Assembly: GCA_963662315.1 (NCBI GenBank)
Contig: OY759353.1
Span: 544,001-608,000 of the forward strand
Direction of reading: 5' to 3'
DNA from: Geopsychrobacteraceae bacterium
Lineage (GTDB): Bacteria > Desulfobacterota > Desulfuromonadia > Desulfuromonadales > Geopsychrobacteraceae
Length of the DNA stretch: 64,000 nt
The notes beneath the pieces are model-generated. The model was given only the letters and a program-made list of their open reading frames with translations, was not told the origin of the DNA and searched no databases. Below are positions 1 to 11,764 of this stretch, in pieces. A program made the translations under genes and the position numbers. How positions within the stretch are numbered: position 1 is the first letter of the stretch; each line of letters begins with the position of its first letter.

Positions 1-1344
1 ACCTTCGCCGTGCTCATTGGGCGCTGCAATTTTAACTTCAATGTCATCAAGAACGTGTCCCACGGTGCCGGGCTTGCTTTTGAATGGACTTTCGGCCGAT
101 ATGACCGGTGATGTTTCAGTGATGCCATAGCCCTGCAGCAGGCGTAGCCCCAGGGTTTGGAAGCCCGCGGCGATCTCAGGGTCCAATGCGGCCCCTCCGC
201 TGACGAAGGTAGTATTTTCACCAAAAGCCTGCTGAACCTTTCCGGTGATCAGTTTGCGGGTAAGAGAAAATCGGTACAGCAGACGTGATGCTCTTTTGGA
301 ATCTATGTTTTTAATGATTCGCTCGTAGAGCAGGCGGTAAACAGCCGGAACCGCAAGCAGGAAAGTTGGGCGAATTTCATTGAGGTTGTCCCCCAACTTT
401 TTAATCGATTCTGCGAATGTGACCTTTCCCCCCAGCGATAGCGGCAGTAGAATCCCGCATACCTGCTCAAAAACGTGATTAATTGGTAAAAATGAAAGGG
501 TCTGTATGGAACTGTCAAGGCGAAACCTGCTGATCGCAGCGTCGATGTTGCTGACGATATTGCGGTGACTGAGCATCGCGCCTTTGGCTTTGCCTGTCGT
601 CCCGGAAGTGTAAAGGATGACAGCTGTCGCGTCAGGCTGATTTCCTGCCGGAAGCGGTTTTTCTGAGCGGAAAATATCCTTGTAGGAAAACAGCCGATTT
701 TCCTTGATGAGCCGGTTCCGGGTCTTCTCTGTCTCGGAAAAGATATCAATCTTGTGGGGTTTGATGGTTTGTTGTGAACTTTCCCGTGTCAACAGTCCGT
801 GTGCCACCAGGACGGCTTCTTCAATCTCAGCGCTCCTGTCTCGGGGGATACTGAGATCATCGACCAGCTTGTGCCAAAGGGAGGATAATTGTTCAAGGGC
901 ACCGGCCAGTTCTCCTTTGCCAGTTAAATCGCTAAGTGGAGTGTCCAGCAGGATGGTATGTGTGAGCGACGGGAGATCCTCCACAATCTCAAGTAAAATT
1001 TCAAATTGACTCTGTCCGGCAAATACCGCTTTGACATCAGAGTCATTCAGTATGTGCCTTAGTTCTGTCGCTTTAAGTTCTTTATCGATGGGTACCGCAA
1101 TGCAGCCGGCATTAAAAATCGCCAGATAAGCGGCCACCCAACGTGGTGATGAACTGGCCAGTAAGGCAATGTGGGTTCTGGGAGCTATGCCCAGGTGCTG
1201 AATGCCGCTGGCAATTTTCTCAACATTGGACCAGAGGTCGCGATACGTTAATGTTCGCCACTGGGATTTAATTTTATGTTGAAAAGCTATGTTGTCTGCA
1301 TTTTTCTGACAGCTGTAAGCGATAAGCTGATCAATAGTCTGCAC
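1..1344 (-). CDS. Long-chain fatty acid--CoA ligase (AMP-binding), runs off the left edge
   Basis: Absent from the ORF track. Manual translation from GTG at 1344 (RBS GGAG): MQTIDQLIAYSCQK...ILYTSGTTGKAKGAMLSHRN...SFLPINHVFEQ...SGGAALD...QGYGITETSP, which are the ANL adenylation motifs. Confidence 0.9.
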   Translation of the reverse strand, partial: MQTIDQLIAYSCQKNADNIAFQHKIKSQWRTLTYRDLWSNVEKIASGIQHLGIAPRTHIALLASSSPRWVAAYLAIFNAGCIAVPIDKELKATELRHILNDSDVKAVFAGQSQFEILLEIVEDLPSLTHTILLDTPLSDLTGKGELAGALEQLSSLWHKLVDDLSIPRDRSAEIEEAVLVAHGLLTRESSQQTIKPHKIDIFSETEKTRNRLIKENRLFSYKDIFRSEKPLPAGNQPDATAVILYTSGTTGKAKGAMLSHRNIVSNIDAAISRFRLDSSIQTLSFLPINHVFEQVCGILLPLSLGGKVTFAESIKKLGDNLNEIRPTFLLAVPAVYRLLYERIIKNIDSKRASRLLYRFSLTRKLITGKVQQAFGENTTFVSGGAALDPEIAAGFQTLGLRLLQGYGITETSPVISAESPFKSKPGTVGHVLDDIEVKIAAPNEHGEG

Positions 1345-1640
1345 GCTAAAGACTCCAAAAAAAGAATGATGGTTGCCCCTCAATAAAGTTTCAAACATAA
1401 CATAAAATACTAGGATCGGAAATGATGTGATCTGTTCAGTCGGCGAAGGGGCTGCTTTGCTAAACAAAACACGGTCGATAGCGAAAAAACTTCTATCTAA
1501 GCTATTGATATTATCAGAAAACAGTGATTTACTCTAACTTTGTCCTCACATTCAGGCAAGATTGTAAATAGTCCCTCCTGTTGCTGCTCCGATATTGATT
1601 GTGTTTACGGCGTGATTGCCGTCGGGCGCGATGAAAGTTC

Positions 1641-1670
1641 TTGACAGTGCAGGGGTCTATTTGATACAAG
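1641..1670 (+). promoter_or_regulatory. Putative sigma70 promoter for tRNA-Val
   Basis: Perfect TTGACA at 1641-1646 with a weak -10-like TACAAG downstream, ~20 nt before the tRNA. Confidence 0.5.
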
Positions 1671-1689
1671 AACGCCGCAGTTTGGTTGC

Positions 1690-1764
<75 letters not shown>

Positions 1765-1803
1765 TAGAGCGGCGGCTAACCTGAATATACTGTCCTGAGT
1801 ACG

Positions 1804-1828
1804 AGGCATCGATAAGATGCCTTTTTTT
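1804..1828 (+). terminator. Intrinsic terminator-like hairpin between tRNA-Val and thrS
   Basis: AGGCATC-gataa-GATGCCT followed by a T-run. Confidence 0.7.
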
Positions 1829-1845
1829 GTTTAGGGAGAAACTTT

Positions 1846-3762
1846 ATGTCTTTACTGGAGATTGAACTTCCAGATGGTTCAAAAAAAGAAGTTGAGAGTG
1901 GATCGACAGCCTACGATGTAGCCGCCAGTATTGGTGAAGGGCTTGCCAGGCAGTCAATCGCTGCGCGTTTTAATGATGAGCTGATTGATATTAATCGACC
2001 TCTCGAAGTATCTGGAAAGCTTTCTCTTATAACTCAGAGCTCGCCTGAGGCGCTTGAGATCGTTCGTCACTCATGTGCGCACCTTATGGCGCAGGCGGTT
2101 AAAGAGCTGTATGGTGATGCCGTTCAGGTGACCATCGGTCCGGCAATTAAAGATGGGTTTTACTATGATTTTTATAGTCAAACAAAAAAGTTTGTTCCTG
2201 AAGATTTCCCCGTTATTGAAGCCAAAATGGCCGAGCTCGTTAAGGCTGACCTGCCAGTAACGCGTGAGGTTATTGGTCGTGGTGCCGCCATTGAAATGTT
2301 TCGTGGCATGGGCGAGGCCTATAAGGTTGAACTGATTGAAGATCTCGATGTCGAAACCGTTTCCCTCTATCGCCAGGGGGATTTTGTTGATTTGTGTCGA
2401 GGTCCCCATGTTCCACGTACTGGTATACATAAAGCTTTTAAATTGACCAGTCTGGCAGGTGCCTATTGGCGGGGTGATGAAAAAAGGGCTATGCTGCAGC
2501 GTGTCTACGCGACGGCGTTCCTTAATAAGAAAGATTTGAAAGCGCACCTGGAAAGGCTTGAAGAAGCGAAAAAACGTGATCATCGTAAGCTTGGTCGCGA
2601 GCTTGATCTTTTTTCTTTCAGTGAAGATGCCGGTGGCGGACTGGTGTTATGGCATCCCAAAGGGGCTATGCTGCGCACTATTATAGAAGATTTTGAGCGT
2701 AAAGAGCACCTTAAGCGTGGTTATGATATTGTCGTCGGCCCACAGATTCTCAAGACCGATCTGTGGAAAATGTCTGGGCATTACGAGAATTACCGCGAGA
2801 ATATGTACTTTACCGAGGTTGATGAGCAGAGTTACGGCATCAAGCCGATGAACTGCCTCGCCCATATGCTGATCTATAAATCGAAGCCTCGTTCTTACCG
2901 TAACTTGCCGGTGCGTTTCTTTGAGCTTGGCACTGTCCATCGGCATGAGAAATCTGGTGTCCTGCATGGTTTACTGCGGGTCCGTGGTTTTACCCAGGAT
3001 GATGCGCACATTATTTGTCGTCCCGATCAGATCGACAGCGAAGTGAAGGGGGTTATGCGCTTTGTCCAGGATGTTGCCAGCATCTTTGGTTTTGAATACA
3101 CCATGGAGTTGTCGACCCGTCCGGAGAAATCGATTGGCAGTGATGCTGACTGGGAGCAGGCAACCAATGCTCTGCGCAGTGCCCTGGAGGGGAGTGGGCA
3201 AGTATACGAAATTAATGAAGGGGATGGCGCTTTTTATGGTCCGAAGATCGATGTTAAGCTGAAGGACGCGCTTGACAGGGAATGGCAATGTGCTACAATT
3301 CAGTGCGATTTTACGCTGCCGGAGCGGTTTGATCTGAACTATATTGGTTCTGATGGTGAAAAACACAGGCCGGTAATGCTGCATCGGGTTATTGTTGGCT
3401 CGATTGAACGCTTTATAGGTGTGTTGATTGAGCATTATGCCGGAAGCTTCCCTCTTTGGCTGTCGCCGGTTCAGGCGATCGTTCTGAATGTTACAGACAA
3501 TCAGGCTGATTACGCTCAGGAAGTTTTTGAACAGCTGCGTGCGGCTGGCGTGCGCGTCGAGCTCGATTTGCGTAATGAAAAACTTGGATTCAAGATTCGT
3601 GAAGCCCAAGTTGGAAAAATCCCGTACATGCTCGTTATTGGGGATCGTGAAGTTACTGAGAAGACCGTATCTCCACGCTTCAGGGATGGCAGTTCTTTGG
3701 ATGCCATGAGCGTGGATAATTTTGTTGATTTCGTTAAAGCTCAGGCTGCGCAATACAAGTAA
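1846..3762 (+). CDS. thrS: Threonine--tRNA ligase
   Basis: N-terminal TGS domain, HSCAH and DLCRGPH editing motifs, [14 protein letters not shown], anticodon-binding C-terminus. Confidence 0.98.
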   Translation: MSLLEIELPDGSKKEVESGSTAYDVAASIGEGLARQSIAARFNDELIDINRPLEVSGKLSLITQSSPEALEIVRHSCAHLMAQAVKELYGDAVQVTIGPAIKDGFYYDFYSQTKKFVPEDFPVIEAKMAELVKADLPVTREVIGRGAAIEMFRGMGEAYKVELIEDLDVETVSLYRQGDFVDLCRGPHVPRTGIHKAFKLTSLAGAYWRGDEKRAMLQRVYATAFLNKKDLKAHLERLEEAKKRDHRKLGRELDLFSFSEDAGGGLVLWHPKGAMLRTIIEDFERKEHLKRGYDIVVGPQILKTDLWKMSGHYENYRENMYFTEVDEQSYGIKPMNCLAHMLIYKSKPRSYRNLPVRFFELGTVHRHEKSGVLHGLLRVRGFTQDDAHIICRPDQIDSEVKGVMRFVQDVASIFGFEYTMELSTRPEKSIGSDADWEQATNALRSALEGSGQVYEINEGDGAFYGPKIDVKLKDALDREWQCATIQCDFTLPERFDLNYIGSDGEKHRPVMLHRVIVGSIERFIGVLIEHYAGSFPLWLSPVQAIVLNVTDNQADYAQEVFEQLRAAGVRVELDLRNEKLGFKIREAQVGKIPYMLVIGDREVTEKTVSPRFRDGSSLDAMSVDNFVDFVKAQAAQYK

Positions 3763-3819
3763 TCGCCGCGGCTGCGCATAATTTATTTTATCAACTAAAA
3801 AGCGTATAGGAGTAGAGCC

Positions 3820-4332
3820 ATAGCTAAAGAAGCCAACATAAATGAAGCCATCACAGCCCGTAAGGTTCGGGTTATTGATGACGAGGGCGGTCAGTTAGGT
3901 ATCCTGGCCATTGATGATGCCCTGGCAAAAGCAGAAAGTGCCGGTCTTGACCTGGTAGAAGTTTCCCCGCAGGCAGATCCGCCGGTTTGCCGCATTATGG
4001 ACTACGGGAAGTACAAATACCAGCAGGCTAAACGCGCTTCAGAAGCAAAAAAGAAGCAGGTTAAGGTCGAAATCAAAGAAGTTAAGATGAGGCCTAAAAC
4101 CGAGGAGCATGATTTTCAGTTCAAAATGAAGCATGCACGGCGTTTTCTTGAAGAAGGTAATAAGGTGAAACTGACCATCATGTTCCGCGGGCGAGAAAAT
4201 GCTCACCCTGAACAGGGGACGATGCAGCTTGAAAAAGTTGTGGAAGCCCTTAAGGACGTCGGTCAGGTCGAAGCCCAACCCAGTAAGATGGGGCGCTTCA
4301 TGACGATGATGATCGGCCCACTTAAAAAATAG
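3820..4332 (+). CDS. infC: Translation initiation factor IF-3, non-canonical ATA start
   Basis: Track ORF 3997-4332 extends upstream in frame to ATA at 3820, preceded by AGGAG: (M)AKEANINEAITARKVRVID...LDLVEVSPQADPPVCRIMDYGKYKY. Confidence 0.93.
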   Translation: MAKEANINEAITARKVRVIDDEGGQLGILAIDDALAKAESAGLDLVEVSPQADPPVCRIMDYGKYKYQQAKRASEAKKKQVKVEIKEVKMRPKTEEHDFQFKMKHARRFLEEGNKVKLTIMFRGRENAHPEQGTMQLEKVVEALKDVGQVEAQPSKMGRFMTMMIGPLKK

Positions 4333-4376
4333 TAAGATGTTAACCTCACAGATCAAAACGAAACAGGAGAGACCAA

Positions 4377-4574
4377 ATGCCTAAAATTAAAACCAACCGC
4401 GGTGCGGCCAAGCGTTTTCGCAAAACCGGCACTGGCAAGATCCGTCGGAACAAAGCTTTTACCAGCCACATTCTGACCAAAAAAACGACCAAGCGTAAGC
4501 GTGATCTGCGTCAGGCTTGTGTTGTTGCTAAAGTTGACGAGCGTAACATTGCTCAACTGATTCCTTATCTGTAA
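4377..4574 (+). CDS. rpmI: 50S ribosomal protein L35
   Basis: [14 protein letters not shown]...SHILTKK; infC-rpmI-rplT order. Confidence 0.98.
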   Translation: MPKIKTNRGAAKRFRKTGTGKIRRNKAFTSHILTKKTTKRKRDLRQACVVAKVDERNIAQLIPYL

Positions 4575-4676
4575 TCATCGGTTACAGAGGTTGTGAACTG
4601 TGGGGACATCTCCCCCTGCAGATCCATCCACGGCGAAAGCCGAAATACTAACTAATCTTAAGAAGGAGCAAGTGAG
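4575..4676 (+). promoter_or_regulatory. Candidate L20 autoregulatory leader upstream of rplT
   Basis: 100-nt structured spacer with GGGGA..TCCCC and CGGC-GAAA-GCCG (GNRA) hairpins directly before rplT. Confidence 0.4.
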
Positions 4677-5033
4677 ATGCCAAGAGTAAAAAGAGGCTTT
4701 AAAGCCAGACAGCGCCGTAATAAAGTTTTAAAACTTGCTAAAGGTTATCGTGGTGCCCGGAGCAAGTTATTCCGTTCAGCTACTGAAGCCGTAGATCGCG
4801 CTTTAAACTATGCTTTTCGCGACCGTCGTGTTAAAAAGCGGGATTTCCGGGCGTTGTGGATTGCTCGGATTAATGCTGCTGCACGTGAGAATGGTCTCTC
4901 CTACAGTCGCCTCATTCATGGTTTGAAACAGGCTGAAGTTGCACTGGACAGAAAAATCATGGCAGATCTTGCTGTGAACGATCCTGCAGGGTTTACTGCT
5001 GTGGTTGAAACGGCGAAGGCACAGTTACAGTAG
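4677..5033 (+). CDS. rplT: 50S ribosomal protein L20
   Basis: MPRVKRG...[10 protein letters not shown]...[15 protein letters not shown]. Confidence 0.98.
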   Translation: MPRVKRGFKARQRRNKVLKLAKGYRGARSKLFRSATEAVDRALNYAFRDRRVKKRDFRALWIARINAAARENGLSYSRLIHGLKQAEVALDRKIMADLAVNDPAGFTAVVETAKAQLQ

Positions 5034-5050
5034 CCGAAGTCTGACTGTTT

Positions 5051-5089
5051 AAAAGGAGATGGAGTTGCTACTTCATCTCCTTTTTTTTT
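5051..5089 (+). terminator. Intrinsic terminator after rplT
   Basis: GGAGATGGAG-ttgcta-CTTCATCTCC followed by T9. Confidence 0.85.
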
Positions 5090-5112
5090 GTTGTCTGATT
5101 GGACTCTTGTAA

Positions 5113-6171
<1,059 letters not shown>

Positions 6172-6192
6172 TTCGAATCGAGGATTTTTAAC

Positions 6193-8607
6193 ATGATTGT
6201 CACTTATAATTGGTTGAAAGACTTTGTTGATTTCGAATATAGCCCGCAGGAATTATGTGATCGCCTGACTATGGCTGGTCTTGAGGTTGACTCTCTTGAA
6301 GAAATTGGCGGCGGTCTTGATTCTGTCGTTGTTGCCAAGCTTGAATCCGTTGCAACTCACCCTGACGCAGATCGCCTGACGGTTTGCCAGGTTAATAATG
6401 GTCAGGATATTATTCAGGTTGTCTGCGGAGCCACAAATCATAAAAGCGGTGATTATGTCGCTTTTGCCCAGGTTGGATCAATCCTCCCCGGGGATTTTAA
6501 AATCAAGAAATCCAAAATTCGGGGTCAGGAATCACAAGGGATGCTATGTTCCGAAAAAGAACTCGGTCTTGCTGCTGAGTCTGCCGGAATTATGATTCTG
6601 TCTCAAGATCTAACCCTTGGTGTTCCTGTTTTTGAGGCTCTTAAACTGCGTGATTTTCGGATTGAAATCGGCTTAACTCCGAATCGTCCAGATTGTCTCA
6701 GCGTTGTTGGTGTGGCCCGCGAAGTTGCCGCACTATGTGGAAAACCGCTGAAATTGCCTGCTCCTGTCATTTGTGAAGGGGCTGTAGATATCAAAAGTCA
6801 GGCGAGTGTCCTCGTTGAAAATAGTGATGGATGCCCACGCTACGCCGCGCGCATGATTAAGGGGATATCTATTGCTCCTTCACCGGACTGGCTGGTGCGA
6901 AGGCTTGAAGCTGTTGGGGTGCGTTCGATTAATAACATTGTCGATGTTACAAATTATGTGATGATGGAATTAGGTCATCCTCTGCATGCCTTTGATTATC
7001 GCTATCTGGCAGATCAGAGAATTGTTGTTCGCAATGCCTCTGAAAATTATAAATTCAAGACTCTTGATGATCAGGAGCGGACTCTGACCAGTGAGGATCT
7101 GATGATCTGTGATGGTCAGAAACCAGTCGCTCTGGCCGGTATAATGGGAGGGCAGAATTCAGAAGTTCAGGATGATACCAGCGATATTCTTCTTGAGGCC
7201 GCTTATTTCAAGCCCACTATGGTCCGTCGCAGCAGCAAACGTCATGGCCTGCATACGGAGTCTTCTCATCGTTTTGAACGTGGCGCGGATATCGATATGA
7301 TTCCTGTCGCTCTTGATCGTGCCGCTGCCCTTATGGCCGACCTCGGAAAAGGAGAGGTTCTTGCCGGTATTATCGATAATTATCCAGAGCCGCTTAAAAC
7401 TCCGGTGTTGTCTTTAAGTCTGCAGAAAACAATTGCTTTACTTGATGCTCAGGTATCTCCTGACCAGGTGGCCGGTCTGCTCACCTCAATTGGACTTGCT
7501 GTTGAGAAAACTGACAATCCTGATCTTCTACGCGTTACAGCACCCAGTTTCCGTCCTGATCTTGAACGTGAGGTTGATCTAATTGAAGAAGTTGCTCGAC
7601 TATTCGGTTATGATAATATCCCTGTCACCATGCCGATCGGAACAGTCGATTCCGGATTGACACCTGCGCAACAACGGGTGCCCAGTTTGATTCAGGATAT
7701 TTTTACCGGCAAGGGGTTCTCTGAGACTATTAGTTACTCCTTCGTCTCTCAGGAGCTTCTTGGTCGCCTTGGTTTGCCTGCCGATGATGCCCGGACCCGG
7801 CCTGTGAAACTGCTTAATCCCCTTTCTGAGGATCAGGCGGTAATGCGTACCAGTCTTGTGCCGAGCATGCTTGAGTCGGTGGCCAGAAATCTCAGTTATC
7901 GTAATCAAGATTTGCGTCTGTTCGAAGTACGTCCGGTGTTCCTGCCAGTGCAAGAGGAGGAAGGTCGTTGTCATGAACAACTTACTCTGGTTGCTGCTAT
8001 TTCTGGACGGCGTGAACCAGAAGGATGGGCTCAAAATAATCAGCCCGTCGATTTTTTCGATGCTAAAGGGATCGTTGAGGATCTGCTTGACTGTTTAGGG
8101 CTTAAGCATGTCAGTTATGCTAATCTTGCTACGCCTCCCTATCTGCACCCCGGTAAGTCCTGCTCAATTGAAACGAAAGAACACGGACTTCTCGGCTTTC
8201 TTGGCGAGGTTCATCCTGAGATTCTGCATAAATTCGATATCGAGCAAGCAGTGTACCTTGTCGAAATAAATGTGGAAAATCTCATAGAGGCTGGAGATAA
8301 AACTAAAAAGTTTACCCCTCTGTCTAAGTATCCCAATGTTATCAGGGATACGGCGCTATTGCTTGATGATTCTGTTACGGCAGCTCAAGTTATTGAAATT
8401 GCAAACCGAAGCATGAAAAAAGAGGTTGAGGATCTAACCCTGTTTGACCTTTATACCGGCAAAGGAATTCCTGCTGGTAAGAAGAGTCTGGCAATCCGGG
8501 TGCGTTACCGTGACCTGGAAAAGACTCTCACTGAAGATGAAGTTGTGAAAATGCATGACAAATTGATCCGCTCCCTTTGTCATCAATTAGGCGCAGAAAT
8601 TCGTTGA
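6193..8607 (+). CDS. pheT: Phenylalanine--tRNA ligase beta subunit
   Basis: HPDADRL, VVCGA, TPNRPDCLS, RFERG and C-terminal FDX-ACB domain; follows pheS. Confidence 0.98.
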   Translation: MIVTYNWLKDFVDFEYSPQELCDRLTMAGLEVDSLEEIGGGLDSVVVAKLESVATHPDADRLTVCQVNNGQDIIQVVCGATNHKSGDYVAFAQVGSILPGDFKIKKSKIRGQESQGMLCSEKELGLAAESAGIMILSQDLTLGVPVFEALKLRDFRIEIGLTPNRPDCLSVVGVAREVAALCGKPLKLPAPVICEGAVDIKSQASVLVENSDGCPRYAARMIKGISIAPSPDWLVRRLEAVGVRSINNIVDVTNYVMMELGHPLHAFDYRYLADQRIVVRNASENYKFKTLDDQERTLTSEDLMICDGQKPVALAGIMGGQNSEVQDDTSDILLEAAYFKPTMVRRSSKRHGLHTESSHRFERGADIDMIPVALDRAAALMADLGKGEVLAGIIDNYPEPLKTPVLSLSLQKTIALLDAQVSPDQVAGLLTSIGLAVEKTDNPDLLRVTAPSFRPDLEREVDLIEEVARLFGYDNIPVTMPIGTVDSGLTPAQQRVPSLIQDIFTGKGFSETISYSFVSQELLGRLGLPADDARTRPVKLLNPLSEDQAVMRTSLVPSMLESVARNLSYRNQDLRLFEVRPVFLPVQEEEGRCHEQLTLVAAISGRREPEGWAQNNQPVDFFDAKGIVEDLLDCLGLKHVSYANLATPPYLHPGKSCSIETKEHGLLGFLGEVHPEILHKFDIEQAVYLVEINVENLIEAGDKTKKFTPLSKYPNVIRDTALLLDDSVTAAQVIEIANRSMKKEVEDLTLFDLYTGKGIPAGKKSLAIRVRYRDLEKTLTEDEVVKMHDKLIRSLCHQLGAEIR

Positions 8608-8699
8608 TAGCCCTTGCAGAGACCGCCTCTGTATGGTATGAATTCAGAAAAATCAAATAGATAGTTGAACATTAAACACCTGCCACAGCGGGAGGAAAT

Positions 8700-8975
8700 A
8701 TGACTAAAGCAGATCTTATTGAAAGCGTATACCTGACAACAGGTTTTTCTAAAAAGGAATCAGCTGCCATTGTTGAGATGGTTTTTGATATTATGAAGAA
8801 CACTCTTGAAAATGGCGAAAAAATCAAAATTGCCGGATTCGGTAACTTTGTTGTTAAAGAAAAGGCGTCTCGCCGTGGGCGGAACCCTCAGACTGGCAAT
8901 GAAATCGAAATCTGTGCAAGGAAAATTCTTACATTCAAACCCAGCCAGGTTTTGAAAGCCGCCATTAACGAATAA
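8700..8975 (+). CDS. ihfA: Integration host factor subunit alpha
   Basis: MTKADL...GFGNF...GRNPQTG; follows pheT. Confidence 0.93.
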   Translation: MTKADLIESVYLTTGFSKKESAAIVEMVFDIMKNTLENGEKIKIAGFGNFVVKEKASRRGRNPQTGNEIEICARKILTFKPSQVLKAAINE

Positions 8976-9335
8976 TTGTTGAGTTCTGCGGTGGTAACTA
9001 TTCCTGATAAGCTTTATTTTAAAATAGGTGAAGTTGCGGCTTTACTGGATGTGAAAACGCATGTCCTGCGCTATTGGGAAACTGAGTTTTCAGCATTGAA
9101 GCCGGTTAAAAGTCGCACTAACCAGAGATTGTACCGTCGCAAAGACGTCGAAACTGCCCTGATGATAAAGGATCTGCTTTATCATCAGGGCTTCACTATT
9201 GCCGGAGCCAAGCACCATCTCGATTCTGGTCAACAGACCGCCTTACCTTTTCCCGCTGAACAATCGACAGCTGAGCAGCGGCTGCGTGAGGTCAAGGCTG
9301 ATCTGTTACGCATCCGTAAACATCTCCTTTCCTGA
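8976..9335 (+). CDS. MerR-family transcriptional regulator (start may be GTG 8991)
   Basis: [13 protein letters not shown]...[10 protein letters not shown]...QRLYRR...GFTIAGA, the ihfA-linked MerR type. Confidence 0.9.
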   Translation: MLSSAVVTIPDKLYFKIGEVAALLDVKTHVLRYWETEFSALKPVKSRTNQRLYRRKDVETALMIKDLLYHQGFTIAGAKHHLDSGQQTALPFPAEQSTAEQRLREVKADLLRIRKHLLS

Positions 9336-9353
9336 TTTGCTAAAGAGCCTTAT

Positions 9354-10109
9354 GTGTTGATTCTGGTGACTAACGATGACGGTATTCGCTCCCCAGGGTT
9401 GCGGGTTCTGGCTACAACACTCAGCATTATCGGACGTGTCGTGGTCGTTGCCCCAGACCGCAATCGTAGTGCAGTTGGCCATGCTCTTACCTTGGAACGA
9501 CCGTTGAGAGCTGAACAACTTAAGCCAGATGTCTACTCTATTGATGGTACTCCAACTGATTGTGTTCATCTTGGTATTCACGGTCTGATCAATGAAAAGC
9601 CAGATCTGGTTGTCTCGGGAATTAATCGTGGCAGTAATGTCGGTGATGATATTACTTATTCCGGTACGGTCAGTGCTGCTTTAGAGGCTTCTCTTATGGG
9701 CCTTCCTGCTTTTGCTATGTCCTATGATTCTCATCTCCCTCATCCTGAGGGACTTGAATTTGCTGCAGAAGTTGCCCTTAAGTTAGCTAGAAAAATTCTC
9801 GCCGATGGCTTGCCAGCAGATACTTTTTTAAATGTCAATGTTCCCCATAAAGAATGCAAGGGGCTGCAACTGACCAGACAGGGAAGGCGTCGCTACACTG
9901 AGCAGATTGTGACTAATAAAGACCCTCGCGGTCGTACTTATTATTGGATTGCCGGATCAGAAATACCATCTATTGACCAGCCGGGGACAGACAGTCATGC
10001 TCTGCAGCGTGGTTTTGTCAGTGTCTCGCCGCTGAGAACTCATTTAACCCACGAACAGTCATATTGCTCTCTGCAAGGTTGGCTCGATTCCCTGATAAAG
10101 GCTTCTTAA
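9354..10109 (+). CDS. surE: 5'/3'-nucleotidase SurE
   Basis: [28 protein letters not shown]. Confidence 0.97.
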   Translation: MLILVTNDDGIRSPGLRVLATTLSIIGRVVVVAPDRNRSAVGHALTLERPLRAEQLKPDVYSIDGTPTDCVHLGIHGLINEKPDLVVSGINRGSNVGDDITYSGTVSAALEASLMGLPAFAMSYDSHLPHPEGLEFAAEVALKLARKILADGLPADTFLNVNVPHKECKGLQLTRQGRRRYTEQIVTNKDPRGRTYYWIAGSEIPSIDQPGTDSHALQRGFVSVSPLRTHLTHEQSYCSLQGWLDSLIKAS

Positions 10110-10759
10110 TGGATTATGCCGTAGCTCGTCGGCGCATGGTTGAACAGCATATAATCGCACGTGGCGTCGAAGATCAGCGTGTTATCCAGGCTATGCTTCA
10201 GGTCCCTCGCCATTGTTTTGTTGAGCCAGGCCTTCATAGCCACGCCTATGGTGATGGTTCGTTGCCTATCGGCGAAAAACAAACTATTTCTCAGCCTTAC
10301 ATCGTAGCGGTTATGACGGCCGCTCTCGGTCTTAACGGCTCCGAACGTATTCTTGAGATCGGCACCGGGTCCGGATATCAGACGGCTATTCTTGCCAAAC
10401 TGGCAAAGCGTGTCTATTCCGTTGAGCGGATCGCGTCATTGGCGAGCCGGGCCAGACGTATTCTTGATCATTTGAATCTCTATAATATCAATATCAAAAT
10501 TGGTGATGGTACGGTCGGTTGGAAAGAACAGGCCCCTTTTGACGGTATTCTTGTCGCTGCTGGTGGTCCTGAAGTTCCTGAAGCGTATCTTCAGCAACTA
10601 GATATTGGAGGAAGACTTGTTATGCCCGTCGGTGATCGTGATACTCAAGTGCTGGTTCGTTATACTCGAACTGAACATGGCTATGTCAAAGAATCTTTAA
10701 TGGATTGTCGCTTTGTCCCTCTCATTGGTCAGAGCGGCTGGTCGACAGATACGTTCTGA
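10109..10759 (+). CDS. pcm: Protein-L-isoaspartate O-methyltransferase
   Basis: [31 protein letters not shown] overlaps the surE stop (TAATG). Confidence 0.96.
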   Translation: MDYAVARRRMVEQHIIARGVEDQRVIQAMLQVPRHCFVEPGLHSHAYGDGSLPIGEKQTISQPYIVAVMTAALGLNGSERILEIGTGSGYQTAILAKLAKRVYSVERIASLASRARRILDHLNLYNINIKIGDGTVGWKEQAPFDGILVAAGGPEVPEAYLQQLDIGGRLVMPVGDRDTQVLVRYTRTEHGYVKESLMDCRFVPLIGQSGWSTDTF

Positions 10760-10760
10760 T

Positions 10761-11354
10761 ATGCATTTTATTAAACGCCTTTATGATTGGATATTGGGCT
10801 GGGCAAATTCCGCCTACAGTGTGCCCGCCCTTGGTTTGCTTGCTCTTGCTGAGGCGAGTTTTTTCCCCATTCCCCCTGACGTGCTTTTAATAGCAATGGC
10901 CCTGTCCAGGCCAAATCGTGCATATCGCTATGCACTTGTCGCATCTGTAGGATCAGTTTTTGGCGGGATTCTCGGTTATTCTATTGGTTGGGGTTTCTGG
11001 GGACTGGCGCAAGACTATTTTTATCAATATGTTCCCGGTGTGAATGCTCAAAATTTCGATTACATTGGGCAGCTGTTTGCTGATTATGGCTTCTGGACAA
11101 TTTTTGCTGCCGGTTTTACACCACTTCCCTATAAACTCTTTACCATTGCAGCTGGCGTTTTCAATATCAATCTTATTGTGTTTGTGTTTGCTTCATTGAT
11201 CAGTCGCAGTTTGCGTTTCTTTCTGGTAGCGACCCTGTTTTTCCATTATGGCCAGCAGGCTAGAACTTATATCGAAAAATATTTTAATATTTTGTCTTAT
11301 GGTGTGTTAGCTTTAATAATTGTTGTTATTGTAGTCTGTAAGTTATTAGGCTAG
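10761..11354 (+). CDS. YqaA/DedA-family membrane protein
   Basis: AEASFFPIPPD, GFTPLPYK and hydrophobic helices. Confidence 0.9.
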   Translation: MHFIKRLYDWILGWANSAYSVPALGLLALAEASFFPIPPDVLLIAMALSRPNRAYRYALVASVGSVFGGILGYSIGWGFWGLAQDYFYQYVPGVNAQNFDYIGQLFADYGFWTIFAAGFTPLPYKLFTIAAGVFNINLIVFVFASLISRSLRFFLVATLFFHYGQQARTYIEKYFNILSYGVLALIIVVIVVCKLLG

Positions 11355-11383
11355 TTGCCATCCGGAAACTCCGAAGGGCAACG

Positions 11384-11534
11384 GCTAAGTTTTCAGATTG
11401 GAAACGAGAATTTTTTCGTTGTGACCAGAAAATCAAGGGGTTGCGCGGAGGCGTAGTACTTTACGCCGCACAAGAAAACCCGCAGATTGACACCGCCACA
11501 GCGGAAAAGGGCCGTTTCCAGATGAAAACTTGGC
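11384..11534. repeat. ~150-bp MITE-like element, copy 1
   Basis: Imperfect terminal inverted repeats GCTAAGTTTTCAGATTGGAAACG / CGTTTCCAGATGAAAACTTGGC and central hairpin GGCGTA-gtactt-TACGCC. Its reverse complement aligns with 13581-13732. Confidence 0.8.
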
Positions 11535-11764
11535 CAAATGGGCTTTTGGGGAAAGGCTGAAACCGTTAAATAGTATAGGTTTTTGCCTTGTAATTGAGGT
11601 GTAATCAAGCAGATCGGTATGCAGGTTGGGGTTCCTCCCTTGGTAGAGGGTCGTCTGTTGGTGGAGTTAAGAAACATCATGGCTAATGAATGACAGTTCC
11701 GTACATATTGCCTGGACGGCAAAGGATTGTTCTGCTGATGGCCTGGCTTAACTGGAAAGCATTT

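Noticed and set aside
303..1009. Track ORFs 303-749(-) and 704-1009(+)
   Set aside because: Alternative frames of the acyl-CoA ligase, which the track missed because it runs off the edge.
2071..3753. Long antisense ORFs over thrS (also over rpoS 12980-13675, htpG, pheT and others)
   Set aside because: Shadow frames of well-conserved genes, with no RBS or recognisable motifs.
9336..9353. tRNA-Pro, often found after ihfA-merR
   Set aside because: Only 18 nt separate merR and surE, so no tRNA is present.
11393..11722. 109-aa minus-strand ORF
   Set aside because: Reads through the non-coding MITE-like repeat and has no protein-like features.
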